Source: Euprymna scolopes (lineage: Eukaryota). From it: 64,000 nt of DNA. The stretch's first letter is position 1. Each line of letters opens with the position of its first letter. The DNA lies in assembly GCA_053919585.1 (NCBI GenBank), contig CM132801.1. One strand, 5' to 3'. Position numbers and translations under genes: made by a program. The notes below the pieces were generated by a model, which was not told the origin of the DNA, searched no databases, and saw only the letters and a program-made list of their open reading frames with translations. Of the stretch, positions 40,161-53,824 are shown in pieces.

Positions 40161-41261
40161 TTTCTCTGCTCAAGTAGCTTTTTTTGTTGTCATATCCACC
40201 TTTTCTTTTGGTTCATTTTACAAATAAATAGTTTATGGAGCTGCTTCTCTTCTCATTTTGTATTTTACTTATTTAAACAATAATATCAAAATAAATAAAA
40301 AATTTGCATCAAGAATCAAAATAATTACTTATCCGAAACTGTGGCTTTCTTGAGATTAACAATGTTTTCCTTGGTGTCTTCTTTTCAATTTATTTTTCGG
40401 GGTGTAGATGTGCCGTTGATATCTCAGGGTAATTTTACAGGTGTGAATATGCTGTGGAGATTTCCTATAATCGAATCCTGATCATGAAATCTAATACTAT
40501 GGTGACCACATACGTTTTGGTTGGTTACTATATAATCGTCCTATACCAACACTTTGTTTAAAAGATCCACAGTACTTTGGTATCAATGTAACTTAGTCAG
40601 AAATTTGATTGGTCCATATACAAAACAAAAAGTTGCTCTTGTGAGGGGGAGACAAGAAATCTAACTGATGTTAATTCTCGTGGAGAAACTTTGAACTTTC
40701 TTTGTGATATTGTTCCTTAAAGATGTTGAATTGGAAAGATTTTATTCTTAGCCATTTTTTTGTCTCTGGTTTCAATTGGTCACCAACTTCTGTTTTTCTG
40801 AAGATGACCTAGAGAGTTAGTTCTTTTATTGAGATTTTCATGTGAGGCAACTATCCTGATTGGCTACCTTTTCTATGATTCGCCAGTCATGAAAACCCTG
40901 ATTTCATGCACGTAGAAGGAGTTTTTAGTAAAACCGCAATAAAAAGACATGGTCTATTACTGATACTAACATGACTTTTAATTTTGATTATCAGGTGTAT
41001 AGCTAGTGCACGCAGTGACTTTTTAAATTTAATCATATGCATTAGTATAAAACATAATGGTTTGGGATAATCTTCTCACGATTAGTCTAACATTTTAAAT
41101 TGTAAACAAAAATGACTTTTAAATATTCTCTGACAATTCAACTTACAGGTGCAAACTTGTGCAAACAATATTATTTTTCCTATTGCTATAAACAAAGCTG
41201 AAAACTGAAATCAACTGTTTTGAATGGCAAAACTGAAGATGATACTTATTCAAACTTTCAC

Positions 41262-44116
41262 TAGTGATGGGACGATTCCAAAAATTTTCCCAATTCTGAT
41301 ACAATTCTAAATTCTGTTATAAATTCCTGATTCTAATACAAGTACAGATCCCGATTCTGATTCTTTTAAATTTCTTAACATTTAATTAAAAATTCGATGC
41401 TTTTTAAAAATGTTTAAATGACTATAAATCCCTCACCCTACTCTCTATAATCTCCGCATATATTTTGCAAAACATAAAAATACACTTGGGATGCAGGGGT
41501 GTATATTACAAGAGTAGATTTTTCTAAATATTTTTTTCTAATGTTTTACTTGTAATTGATTCACAACTGTGAAACAAGATTCTTATTAGCATTTGGTTGT
41601 CGTTAATGACATTTGAAATTTTCATAAACGATTAAAAAGAATAGGCGATTGGTATGCAAAATAAGAAAATAGTTTATGAACAGAATAGTTAACAAACCCG
41701 TCCCATATCAAGAATGAGTATCTTGGGTAACCTGGGGCAATTTTATACTTGGGGCAATTCCATACCCTCTCAGCTGAAAATCTGTTCTGTTAAAGCAAAG
41801 TAATTCAGTACTTTAGAGAACTCTTCTCAAGAAGGAAATCGGTTTGTTAATGATTTCCCCTCAAATTACTGGAGCTGCATCTGCTGTCTGAAGTGAACAT
41901 CTATTTATTCAATGACGCAATTCAGAGCTATCCTAAAATAAACACAACAATTGTACTTTTCAGTCATCCTTATGCTTGTATTCGTGTCTTCTGTACTGTG
42001 AGTTATGTATGAAAACCATGAAAAAAAAGTCTAGGAGTGCCCTGATGTTGAATTTATGGTTTGTGAGATGAACATGTGTTTATAGAAATTCCGTACCCCT
42101 GGTGTATGGGATTTCCCAAAGGGTTCTAGCACACAAAATAATGGGTGTTTAACATGAAACAGGATTAACTTCTACATATTTAGCCTCTCTTGCCATTTGC
42201 TACTAGTGAATTCGTCATTATTCTATATTTTGTCATTGTTCTGTTCATCTGGCAAAGACTGGGTATGCCTCTCAATAAAGAACCTTTTCTAAGTCTCGAG
42301 TTCTTATGGCAGTTAAACTACTCAGCAGATTACATCAGGCGGGATTCAAGAGGTAATCCTGTGGGATCCCACACAGACTCTGTGTATGACTGAAAAACTG
42401 TTTGATCGATCTGCACCCTCACTGGCATCAGACTACTTGGCATCCACATCCAGCTGAATATCAAATGCTGTCTGTATCTTCAACATCATATGCATATGTG
42501 CTTTTCTTATCAGAATCTGTGCCTTCCACATTAACAGATGAACCACCCTTGCTTCTTCAAACGTCTACAATAACTCTCCATGAGAAAGTTGACACCTATG
42601 CTGGCTAGGCTGAAAAGAGAAAATGATGCCAACAGACAACGAACCATCAAAAGACAGAATGAAGAGAGTCTGACCTCAGCTGAATGTCTTCAGTCACTTC
42701 AAAAAGATGAAGAAGAGGAGTCAGCAAAAAAGAAGGAAGACAGGGTCTTGAAGGTGAGGTTGAGGGATAGGAAGAAAGACTCAGAATACTAGTACGAGGA
42801 AGCCAAAAGTATGTGCTGGACAGCCAGATGCTGACATCTTAGAGCCAGACACTGATATCACAGAGCTACAGTGATAACTCGGACAGGAATAGGTTCCTTT
42901 CAAAGCCAGAATAAAACAATTTTGAAAGTGTCTCTACTGCTATGAACTAAGGCTTATGCAGTTCATGTTTCGTCAGAGACAATTGACAGTTGAACAGTCT
43001 CTCTGCGCCTTTCTTTTTTCTAGTCATGTCAATTCTATCCTGTTAACTAAATGCTTAGTTTTTTGGTTGGTGTTATTTCTATCCTAATTTGTTAATATTT
43101 CCTACATTATGTAATTTTCAATTGGAAGGTCTGGAATCACCCCATTTTCATATGTACTCAACGATTTTTTAAAGTCAACTTCTCAACTTGATTCTATTTG
43201 TTCTTGATCCGTTGTATAGTAACTGAACTGGCCATAATATTGTTTTATCTATATCAAGTGGTGATATAATCAGAATTCAACAAAGCAAAAAGCATGGTAT
43301 GGAATTACCTCAGGTTACCCTACATTATAATGTTACTATTTAGAAAACCATTCTTAACATTGTGACGGGTCTATGTTAACTATTCTCTACCTTCTTTCTA
43401 TGAAGAAAGTTTATTTTGAATTAAAAAACGTGTTAGAATAAGTTTGAACCCAAAAAACTTATCCAGGGAGGTAGAAAAGTCTTGTCTTTGGTAGCATTTG
43501 TTTGTTGTATATTTGATTTCATCTCTTTTACTTTCTGTTAGTTATAGTAAAAAATACAATAAATAAAGAAGAAGATATGTAGATATAATATCCTTTTTAA
43601 TTGAAAACATCTAAAGATTTTTATCTCCATTTTTCCCATGTGAATAAATCGAATAAATACAATAAACATTAATTATTTCAGAAAAAGCCAATGGCAGATA
43701 ACGGCAGTGTCCAGATGGCACTAACGAAAAAAAAAAAAAAAACCCTTTGTCCAGAGTATTTTAAATCTTTTAATATCAAATGTGAACTCCCTGAAACGTT
43801 TAGTGAATATGCACCAAAATGCTTACAAAGGGATTTTTAGAGTAATATACCAATAAAAGAAATAAATTAGACACTGATAACTAATGTTAAATGAGGGAGT
43901 AAGTTTTATAACCCATTCTGTGGCCCTTAGTCTCATGTTGTAAACAACTTCTAATAAATAAATAAATTTGTGTTTGTTTCATTTTTTTATTGTCAAGAAA
44001 AAATTAAAAGAATCGTTTTTGGAATCGGAATTTTCCTGATTCTGATACCGATTTAGATATCTCCAAAATATTTGATTATTCCGATTCCCAATTTATATTA
44101 ATCGTCCCCAACACTA
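41262..44116. mobile_element. Non-autonomous hAT-like element
   Basis: TIRs TAGTGATGGGACGAT / ATCGTCCCCAACACTA, near-duplicated 8-bp flanks (actttcac / cttttcac), subterminal ccgatt repeats. Confidence 0.7.
41725..43320 (+). mobile_element. Decayed pogo-like element nested in the hAT-like element
   Basis: TIRs GGGTAACCTGGGGCAATT / AATTACCTCAGGTTACCC followed by TA; charged C-terminal fragment ESLTSAECLQSLQKDEEEE. Confidence 0.6.
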
Positions 44117-46611
44117 CTTTTCACCCAAACGTGTGTTGATTATACTCTTTTTTAATACATTATTTTCTAATCGATTTAACTAAATTAACTAACTAATATA
44201 TTGCCAGAAATATACTTCTCTGAATTTTGTATTTTTATTGCATCATCCAAGCAGACTTCAATATTTACGCCTTTTTTCCCCTCATTCCTTTCTTTTTTTA
44301 TATAGAGTCGGTCATATCATCTTTCAAATGTAGTGTGTTACACATGGTCACACTTTTCTTCGTTCTTCGATCCAGGCTCTCCACGAAGTTCTTTTGTCAA
44401 TTTTTTGTTTACTCTTTTTCACTCCAAATAAGGCATATAACAACTTGAATGTGCTACTTAGAAGCATTGACAATGTTTTGAGTTTTTGAGATGATAATTT
44501 GATAATTCGTCTTATTTGGATTATTCGGACTATTCTTTTCATCTTGGGTGTTATTCGCATAATGTTTCGGTCATCTTCAGGCATATTTTGTTGAACTCAA
44601 AAATTTGCATGGAATTTCAAACGTAAGGACCAGTGGTGTAGTTGATAAAGTATTCTAGAAAATCCAGTTGTAAGTTGTAAGGAGTTTCTTCTAGAGATTG
44701 AAGGTTTAAAGTTCAGTGTGAGGGGAACGCAAAATACAATGGTGAATTCCTTCGATAAATGTTAACTGACCTGGTCATGAAAATCAGTTTTGGAGAGACT
44801 TCATCAGCCGGCCAAACCAAAGGAACCCAAGACTGTATTCTCCAAACTAAACCATACCTTTTACGACCACAAAACAAGGACTCAAAGACTCACATACAGC
44901 TTTATCAGCTTGCACACATCTATACACACATTAAAAATAACAACGTACATGAACACACATACACAACGCCAAGCTGCTAAATACTTACATATACATATTC
45001 ACATTGTGAACATATTGTGACAACTATTCACTCAACTTATTTACCGAAACACATGTTTGTAATATGAGCATTTACTAACATGAAAATAACTTTATATTCT
45101 TATATCTTGTATAAAAATGTTTTCTTATCAAATTGTTTTTCTCAATTTCTCTTTTACAGAATTATGTTTATGCTTTAGAGCGCACTTTCTACTAGGTGAC
45201 TCTTCTATTCTTTCGATTTCGAATTTTATATCTATTTTTTATGCATGTATGCCTGTATATATCCTCCACTTTCTCCCTTCCCTAAAATATAACATTTATA
45301 TTCAATTTCATATTAATTGCTTGTTGCAGTTCTTGGTTATATCAAAGACAATCCAAGATGGCCTTTACCAAGGTCAGGGACCACACCACAGGACTTTTAC
45401 CCAGTCATGACTGACAGAACGAGAACATTCCGAGTATTGCTTTCTTGTCATTTTTTTAAATTATTATTTTTTAAAAAAAAGTGAAGCTGAGTAGCCCTGA
45501 TATTGTTTTTATTTTGGTTATATTTTATTTATAAGAAAAATTTATTTTCTTTGTAGCCTCGTGTTTGTAATTATTAAGTTAAAGTCTTTGTTATTGTTAT
45601 TGTCAACATCATATTTGAGATTTTTTGAAAACACCAATCATCGTCGTCGTCCAGTGTTTATATTATTAGCTTTACAATTTCTTATACACAGCACACACTG
45701 CACCTATTATTCCCAAATGATCACTATATAATAATAGGTAATCTAAGCACACATAAACGCGGCCATTACTCATGCTGTAATCATTATCAATACATGATTC
45801 AATCCTTTTACATGAATATGAATACAAAATAATATTTACATTCTGATCTTTCAATTCTGAAAAAAAAAACAAAAAAAAAAACAGAAGAAATCAAGGCAAA
45901 AAAAAAAAAAGCGCAAGAAATTCACGGAGAAGATGTTACAAATCCATATAAAATTTCTCATTCTTCTTCACACATCGCAAATGGCATTACTTTTAGAATG
46001 TAGAATTCGGAATGATCTAATTGAGTTCATTTGTATTTTTAATGGAAGGAAACAACTATGGACCACTTCAAATACATTTCAAAGAGAATAATCGGTTTCA
46101 TTGCTCCCCTTCAGAAACACCCGAATTTCTTTAGTTAATTAATTGTGGGAACAAGTTTCCGAGCGTATTAAGAATTTAACTAATATAAAAAACATGTGGA
46201 AAAATGTAATGGTTACAGAAATCTAAGATTGCAGTTCTATACTTTCAAGATATCATGTTATGGACGGCCACACAAATGAAATCACATATGCAGTTAATAA
46301 TGTAGTTAATTAATGTAGTTAATAATGTAGTTAATTAATGTAGTTAATAATGTTTGTATAAAGAAATTTATACTTTATATAAATAAGAAGGAATTATTAC
46401 TTCTAATGTCTATTTCTTTTGAACCTATTGCAATATTTTAAGTTTCATTATTTCTGTTCGGACTGACAAAGCATATAGCTTATTGAAACGTAGTTGTTTT
46501 GCACAAACCATTATACTTGTAAATACTTATTGTTATAAAGCTTTACCTGAAAGGATATCGGACCCTGTGTATGTACAAAATCTACTCTTGGATCTGATCT
46601 ATTCTCAAAAT

Positions 46612-46646
46612 TCGGCACTGATGAGTTGTAATACAACGAAACAGGG
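46612..46646 (+). ncRNA. Hammerhead ribozyme, 5' two-thirds (remainder masked)
   Basis: tcggca CTGATGA GTTG taata CAAC GAAA CAGGG, then N. Perfect core with a 4-bp G-C closed stem II. Confidence 0.8.
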
Positions 46647-47178
46647 NNNNNNNNNNNNNNNNNNNNNNNNNNNNNNNNNNNNNNNNNNNNNNNNNNNNNN
46701 NNNNNNNNNNNNNNNNNNNNNNNNNNNNNNNNNNNNNNNNNNNNNNNNNNNNNNNNNNNNNNNNNNNNNNNNNNNNNNNGATCATTTGGGAATAATAGAG
46801 TGTGCTCTCCGCTTATCTTGGCATTATATCTGGTCATTCTGAACTTATCCTTGCCACTGGAATCATGGAGAAGTTTGGTTAGAGACTGCACAACTTTTGC
46901 TTTACAATTAAGCACCCAGGCACTTTTACATTGGGTATTAATTATCTCCCAGGACAGAACGGAGGCCAGTGTCTTCTTTATAAAGTATACTTTTATAAGT
47001 TTGTTATAGGTAAGCAGGTTTTATCCATCAGATTACTCGGAATTTAGAAACAAAAATCAGTTTAAAATAACCGTGTGTGACTCTTTAGCCTCCTTAGATG
47101 TCTAATGCATATTCTTTTCAAGTATATTGATTTTTTTCTCTTGATACCAGATACATGACATCTATATAAGTTCTGTTT

Positions 47179-47246
<68 letters not shown>

Positions 47247-47270
47247 ACTTATATAGATCTCATGTATCTG

Positions 47271-47311
<41 letters not shown>

Positions 47312-47519
47312 CAATCGCTTCATTGCAGATTAGTAAAATATCAGTATTTCACTAAATATACATCACAAGAAAATAAAAATTGTACGATCAAAGGGCTGCT
47401 TTAAGGTTAGTTATTTTCCAAAATTTTATTAAAATTCATGCTATATTTACGAAGTTATGGTATTTTATTTTTTATCAAGAAAATTACACTGTCCATCGCT
47501 TTATTACAGATATCTTAAA

Positions 47520-47892
47520 ATGCCAAAAAAATCAGGCGATTAAAGGTTATCGAAAAGCAAAGGATAGTTGCTGGACGCACAAAAGGATTGTCCATCAAAG
47601 ATTAGCCACGGAGCTGGAAAGGGATCCAAGAACCTTGGCTTCATTCTTGAACAACCCGAATACCAAATCCAGAAAGGATAAAAGCACCAGGAGAAACCTT
47701 TCAGATCGTGATATTCGCAAAATTCATGGGAAAGTCAACCGAAACACAAACAGATTTCGTTTTTGCACAAGCTGGAATCGCTTCAAGATCTAGGCAGGCC
47801 AGATACAATGTGTTGAATGAGATTGCAAAGAAACATCAAACCTCTTCCAAGACCTCCATTGAGCAAGCAACATAGGGAAAAACGAATGGCTT
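47520..47892 (+). pseudogene. Tc1-like transposase N-terminal remnant
   Basis: LATELERDPRTL..RKDKSTRRNLSDRDIRKI and RPPLSKQHREKR; the upstream ~140 bp recurs near 50460. Confidence 0.6.
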
Positions 47893-48255
47893 AAATTATC
47901 ATTAAATGCAACGTAGACACTTTAGGATTCTTTTTTTTTTTTTTAATTTTTCGATTTTCCGTATAATCTTTTTTCTATCAAAATTCAAAATATTAATAAA
48001 AGTTCCATAATTGTTGCCGTCACGAGTGCTTTCGATTCATCCACGAATAATCATCGGGTGTCAAATTAAAAGGAACGAAAATGAAAATTAAAAGTTAAAA
48101 CTAAAATATAAAGTAAGTAAACGGCGATAACTTAAAGTATATAGAGTCGATGAAAAGTGGATTAAAAATATAGGTCGGTTAAAAATTCGAGTATTAAAAT
48201 CAGCAAGTTTGTTCGCATAGTTAACAAAGTCCGTCCAATACGAACTACGCAAGAC

Positions 48256-49910
48256 GAATTTAGGAAAACTCGTACCCGGAAAACTCAACCCCGAAAAACT
48301 CGTCCCCTTTCGCTAGGTAGGAAAAGGTCCCTTATTAAATAAATATTGATTGAAAACACATTTTATGATCGTTCTTGAAGGAGATATTGTTTTTTTAAAA
48401 TAGACCATAATATTTACAAAAAAATTTTTTTACTTGTTTAATGTTTTTTTTCTTTAAATAAAATCGATTTTCTAAGTGTCCGTTTTCTACCTAACTGGCT
48501 AATTCTTAGTGGTTTCACTTATTTTAAAGCGTTTATTATGTTCATAAACGAGACCGCATTTTTTATATTAATATAAAAAGAATTTACTTATTTACTGTTG
48601 TTTATAAAAGGGTAAAATCGATTTTTCTACCTCGCCGACTATGTTGTTTGTTGTTTAATTTATTTGTAATCGTTTATTCGGTAAAGAAAAAAAACCACAG
48701 AAAACATAAAAAAAACATGTCGAGTGTTACGTGAGAACGAGAAATAATGTTCGACATGAGGGTATATCACATCTTAAGGGTCTTGATAATAGCTAAAAAA
48801 TAGAAAAATAAAAAAATTACTGAGGCAGATTTGGTTTTAAAAAGAAAATAATAAATTTTATTATTTTTTAAAAATATAATTTAGAGAGAGAGAGGGGGGG
48901 TAAAAACTATATCTCCCTCCGAAAAACAACCAACAAAAAATGAAATTAAAAAGATTCTTGATAAACAATGGCGGAGTTTTCAATAAAATAGATTAATAAA
49001 TTTATTTAGTGATTACTTTTTCTTTTAATGATTGATTTTAGAATTTTTAAGTAAAAATTAAAAAAATTGAAAATGAGTTAACGAGAGATTGTTAGCACAT
49101 GGCATCTCTCGCGCCAAAAAAATATTTCGCTTTAAATTTATTAGTAAATTACAAAAAAATTTTTGTTCTTATTTTGACGATGTTTTTTGGAGTAATAAAA
49201 ACAATAATAAAAACCAAACAAAAATATTAAAAAACAGGGAGCTATTCGATTCTTCGTTACTTTTTTGTTTTGTTTTTTTTAATTCTGATAGTTTTTTGTT
49301 GTTGTTGTTGTTGTTGTTGTTATGTTTTTGTTTTCTCTCATACGAAATGCACTCATGCGTTATTTAAAATTATAATTTTACGAAATTTGACAGGACGACA
49401 ATAAATGTTGATAATTGATAAAATTATAATTTTAAATAACGCATGAGTGCATTTGGTATTATAAACAACAAACAACATAGTCGGCGAGGTAGAAAAATCG
49501 ATTTTACCCTTTTATAAACAACAGTTAATAAGTAAATTCTTTTTATATTAATATAAAAAATATGCGGTCTCGTTTATGAACATAATAAACGCTTTAAAAT
49601 AAGTGAAACCACTAAGAACTTAGCCAGTTAGGTAGAAAACGGACACTTAGAAAATCGATTTTATTTAAAGAAAAAAAACATTAAACAAGTAAAAATATTT
49701 TTTAAAAATATTATAGGGGGGGGGCTATAGTCTATTTTAAAAAACAACATCTCCTTCAAGAACGATTATAAAATGTGTTTTCAATCGATATTTATTCAAT
49801 AAGGGACCAGTTTTCCTACCTAGCGAAAGGGGACGAGTTTTCCGGGGTCGAGTTTTCCGGGTACGAGTTTTCCGGAAGCTAGTTTTCCCGGGACGAGTTT
49901 TCCGGGCACC
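48256..49910. mobile_element. Mutator-like foldback (non-autonomous) element
   Basis: Perfect 9-bp TSD acgcaagac (48247-48255, 49911-49919); ~400-bp inverted arms with ggaaaactcg subrepeats. Confidence 0.85.
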
Positions 49911-50039
49911 ACGCAAGACATTTTAGAACGTTACTGCTTTTCTCGAATGCAATATCATTTATAGTGGGTTGAAAGGTTCTAATATATGATGCTTCAAGAA
50001 TTTTAAATTTTTTAATATTATTTTCATGTTGTATATTTT

Positions 50040-50260
50040 TTATGTTGTTAACGAGGTTCTTTCTAAGATTGGAGGAGGACAGTTATTTTCTTTTATCAAA
50101 TGTTTATATATAGCACTAGTATTATTTAGATGCATGGCTATTCGCCGGGACAACGTTGTCGTTGTATGCTGAATGTGTGTATTATTTTCGGAGTTACATT
50201 CTCCCATAGAGCATTTGATTTTATACACTACATTGGTTTGTTCCAAAAGCGGAGGCCATA
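50040..50260 (-). pseudogene. Penelope-like GIY-YIG endonuclease fragment
   Basis: NVVYKIKC..C...HIQHTTTTLSRRIAMHL..SAIYKHL. Confidence 0.75.
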
Positions 50261-50827
50261 AAAACTCAATTTTATAAAAAGCACAATTCAATACTAACTA
50301 CTGATTTAGAAAATGCTGATATGCATTCAAGCAAAGTAGTAACGTGTTAAAATGTCTTGCGTAGTTCGTATTGGGCGGAATTTGTTAACGGTGTCCACGA
50401 ACCTGCTGATTTTAATACTCGAATTTTTAATCGACCTATATTTTTTTTATATGCGTTGACGTTGAGGTTAGTTATTTCCAAAAATTTTATTCAAATTCAT
50501 GCATTATTCACGGAGGTATGACATTTAATTCTTTATGGTGGAATTTCCACTGTTCATCGCTTTATTGCAAATCTCTCAAAATGTTGTTTAGGGGAAAAAT
50601 ACAATGTCTTATCATGCGAACTTTATTTTTATTATATTTTTCTGTCAAAGAATAATGAGAAAAAGTACATCCTATGTGCTAAGCCTCAAATAAATCAATT
50701 GTTTATCGACATATCTACCATTTTTTAAAATAACTTAAAATAACCTTTTGTCCATCGAGTTTGATCGTAAGAAGAGTTATGCTCTAGCAACATCGACTAT
50801 GTGACTCCACAAAACATCATTTGAAGT

Positions 50828-50930
50828 AAAATGCTCTCCTTCCTCACAAACTTTATTATAAAATGCTCTCCTCCCTCACAAACTTTATTATAAAATGCTC
50901 TCCTCCCTCACAAACTTTATTATAAAATGC
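50828..50930 (+). repeat. 32-bp tandem repeat, ~3 copies
   Basis: Unit aaaatgctctcctccctcacaaactttattat. Confidence 0.9.
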
Positions 50931-51098
50931 TGATAATGTCTGCTTTAAGTATTACATGCTCGGATATGATGTGAAAAAATGAATACCTTTCATGTTAATA
51001 AGTGAATCCTGTTCATGGAATGTGAGGCTTTTAACAAACTGGTTATTTGATGCGCTTATGGGCTTGTCTAGTTGTGCAAAATTATAATTAATGAAATA

Positions 51099-52115
51099 TT
51101 ATATACTTATATGCCAACATTGGGACCGAAAATTGTATTGTATTACTTCAAAAATTCTTTGGGGCATGCTAGAAATAAGAGTTTCCATTAAGGTGCGGCG
51201 GGTTTTGCTCCAGTTTCTGAAGATGGCTTCACGAAGTTCATTTTTTGTTGAATGCTGTTTGCCATTTCGATAAACATCTCTCGTCATCCATCTCCAAACA
51301 TCTTCAATTGGGTTCAAGTCCGATGAGTATGCAGGAAGTCCCAAAGAGATGGACTCCATTTTCTTGTAGAAAGCTCAAGGTCCGTCTTGCAGTGTGGATT
51401 GCAGCATTATCCTGTTGGAATAACCATCCATCCCCACACAAACGATGACCCTCCATCATCAAAGATGCTTTTTGTAGAATGCTAACATCACCAGCTGCGG
51501 TCTGACGACCCTGCACCACCTGGAGCTCCATCGTCCTTCTGTAAGAAAAGGCACCCCATACCATTACGGACCCTCCACCACTATGAGGTGTGGAAAAAAT
51601 TTCAAGGGGCATGTTTTTGTCATGCCAATATCACTGGAAGCCATCAGGACCATCTAAATTAAATTTTTTCTCATCAGAAAACAGGACTTTCTTCCACTTT
51701 TCAATGTTCCAGGTTTGGTATTTACGACCAAATCTTAAGCGGTCCACTTTGTGATGTGGAAGCAATCGAGGAATTTGTTTATACATTTTATTTACTATGC
51801 CTGTTTGTTGTAAGTGTCGCCTGATGGTTATTGGACTGCAATCAGCATCTGTAACTGCCTCAATTTTACTAAAAGAAAGTCCTTTGCCATTCATAACAAC
51901 CCGTCTGATTCTCCTACTCAATGCAGGAAAAATTGGGGGGGGGGGTTACCAAATGACTTTGCTTTTCCATAATTCTAAGTTTTCTTTAGAAATTTGCAAA
52001 TAACAGTTTTACTGCTATTTACCTTAGCTGCTATCGCTTGCTGTGACAAACCTTGCTTATAGAATCTTAGAATTTGAGAGCGCTCAACTTCGGTAAATTT
52101 TATTGCTTTAGGCAT
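51099..52115 (-). pseudogene. Decayed Tc3/Tc1-like transposase
   Basis: MPKAIKFTE.., [23 protein letters not shown] and SSDLNPIE across broken frames. Confidence 0.9.
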
Positions 52116-52734
52116 GGCAACACCTTTACACAGTGATTGCTAATCTCTAACTGAAGTAAAAACATTAGAATTACTAAAAATCTAGCAATTTATACTCTTG
52201 ATCTTATAATTTTGATCATGTATAAAAAGCCTAATTTAATAAAAATGCAAAATTTTAAATAAAAGTTTTGGAATGTACCTTTTTGTTTCCATAACCTTTT
52301 AGATTGTAGTATTAGTAACCTTAAGTCGGAAGAATTTAAAATCTATCCTTAAAAAAAGATTTCTTTTTAAAGATTTTTAAGTGGTCTNNNNNNNNNNNNN
52401 NNNNNNNNNNNNNNNNNNNNNNNNNNNNNNNNNNNNNNNNNNNNNNNNNNNNNNNNNNNNNNNNNNNNNNNNNNNNNNNNNNNNNNNNNNNNNNNNNNNN
52501 NNNNNNNNNNNNNNNNNNNNNNNAGGAAGAACAAGCAAAATCAATAAATTGTACGATCGTTTCGGAAACGATGTTTTTATTGTGATAGACAATAAGTCTT
52601 GGACAATAATTTTATCATTTGGTTTTTTGAAACAAAGTCTCCTCATCAGCAAAAATATTGGGGTTTCTTTAATATTTATAGTATACTTTAATTTTACCAT
52701 CTTAGATCATTTTGGTAAATTTAATTGTAATTTT

Positions 52735-52787
<53 letters not shown>

Positions 52788-52790
<3 letters not shown>

Positions 52791-52838
52791 TTGCCTGATG
52801 ATATTAATATGATTGAAACGGTCTGCATATCGTAGGAA
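52788..52838 (+). ncRNA. Type I hammerhead motif with decayed stem III
   Basis: TTCTTGC CTGATGA t ATTA ata TGAT t GAAAC ggtctgcat ATC GTAGGAA: 7-bp stem I and intact core. Confidence 0.7.
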
Positions 52839-52961
52839 GATATGACTGTATTTACATAAAGAATAAAAAAATATAATTTGCTCTCTTTGATTGAGCACTA
52901 TCAACAACCCTTGTTGATATTCAATTATTTTCAATTTTTTGACATCTTCCTACCTGAAATA

Positions 52962-53720
52962 TGTATATATAATATAAAGCTGAACGTCTGTGTGTGTGTC
53001 TTGTCACGAATAAGCTCCTTGACTATTATAGAAAACTGATCACATACAATGATAGAAGATGTATCGAGACACAGGAATGGGTATGTTTGATCTGGCATAG
53101 TGATGATTCATTAAAATTGTGAGGTCTGCGTACGCGCCTGATCCACAAAGTATGAAAATAAAAAATTTAAAAAGTAAAAAAAAAAAAACTTTTACAAGTG
53201 TTTTTTTATATAGATGTACATAATAATACTTTGATAAGTATGTTTTCACTTTAATAGGTATGGTATAATAAAATTGTGGGGTCTGCATTCGCGCCTGGCC
53301 TCCATAGAATGGAAATAGGCACAAACTTTAATAAAGACTTTTCATATCTATTTGCGTAAGTATACTTTGATAATTATGTTTCAGTTTGAAGAAATATAGT
53401 ATAATAAAATTATGGGGTGTTCGTTCGCACCTGACCTCCATAGAATGGAAATATGTCACAAAGTTTAACAAGGTTTTTTCATATAGATCCACAGAATATT
53501 GTGATAAGTGTTTCAGTGTGAACAGGTATGGTATAATAAATTATGGGGTTTATCTATTTTATTTTTACTTTCATCATATTTTGCTTTGGTTTTGATACCC
53601 CCAAATTCGAAGCTATCTCTTTACAACCCTTCCTTTTCATAACCTATCGTGCTTTCATAAATCAGAGTCCATTTTCTGTAGGCTATTTTTGAACCCAGTC
53701 AACGACGGGTACTTTTGCTA

Positions 53721-53721
<1 letters not shown>
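52962..53721 (+). mobile_element. Non-autonomous Helitron-like repeat
   Basis: 5' tatatataatataaagctgaa..gtgtgtgtc; 3' hairpin accc..gggt followed by CTAG|T; second copy at 5419-6122. Confidence 0.75.
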
Positions 53722-53770
<49 letters not shown>

Positions 53771-53782
53771 ATATATAAACAC

Positions 53783-53824
53783 TCACAGAAATGTTTTTCA
53801 TCTTTTGAAGAATCATCAGTGCGA
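53783..53824 (-). ncRNA. Complete type I hammerhead ribozyme
   Basis: Minus strand reads TCGCA CTGATGA t TCT tcaaa AGA t GAAA A acat TTC TGTGA: 5-bp stem I, intact core, UUC triplet, very short stem III. Confidence 0.75.

Noticed and set aside
46547-46646. Minus-strand exon candidate PVSLYYNSS...ISFQ|gtaaag
   Set aside because: No recognisable protein; part of it is better explained by the plus-strand HHR.
52595-52655. Minus-strand CTGATGA-GGAGAC-TTT-GTTTC-AAAA motif
   Set aside because: Lacks G12 and needs bulges in stem III; too weak to call.
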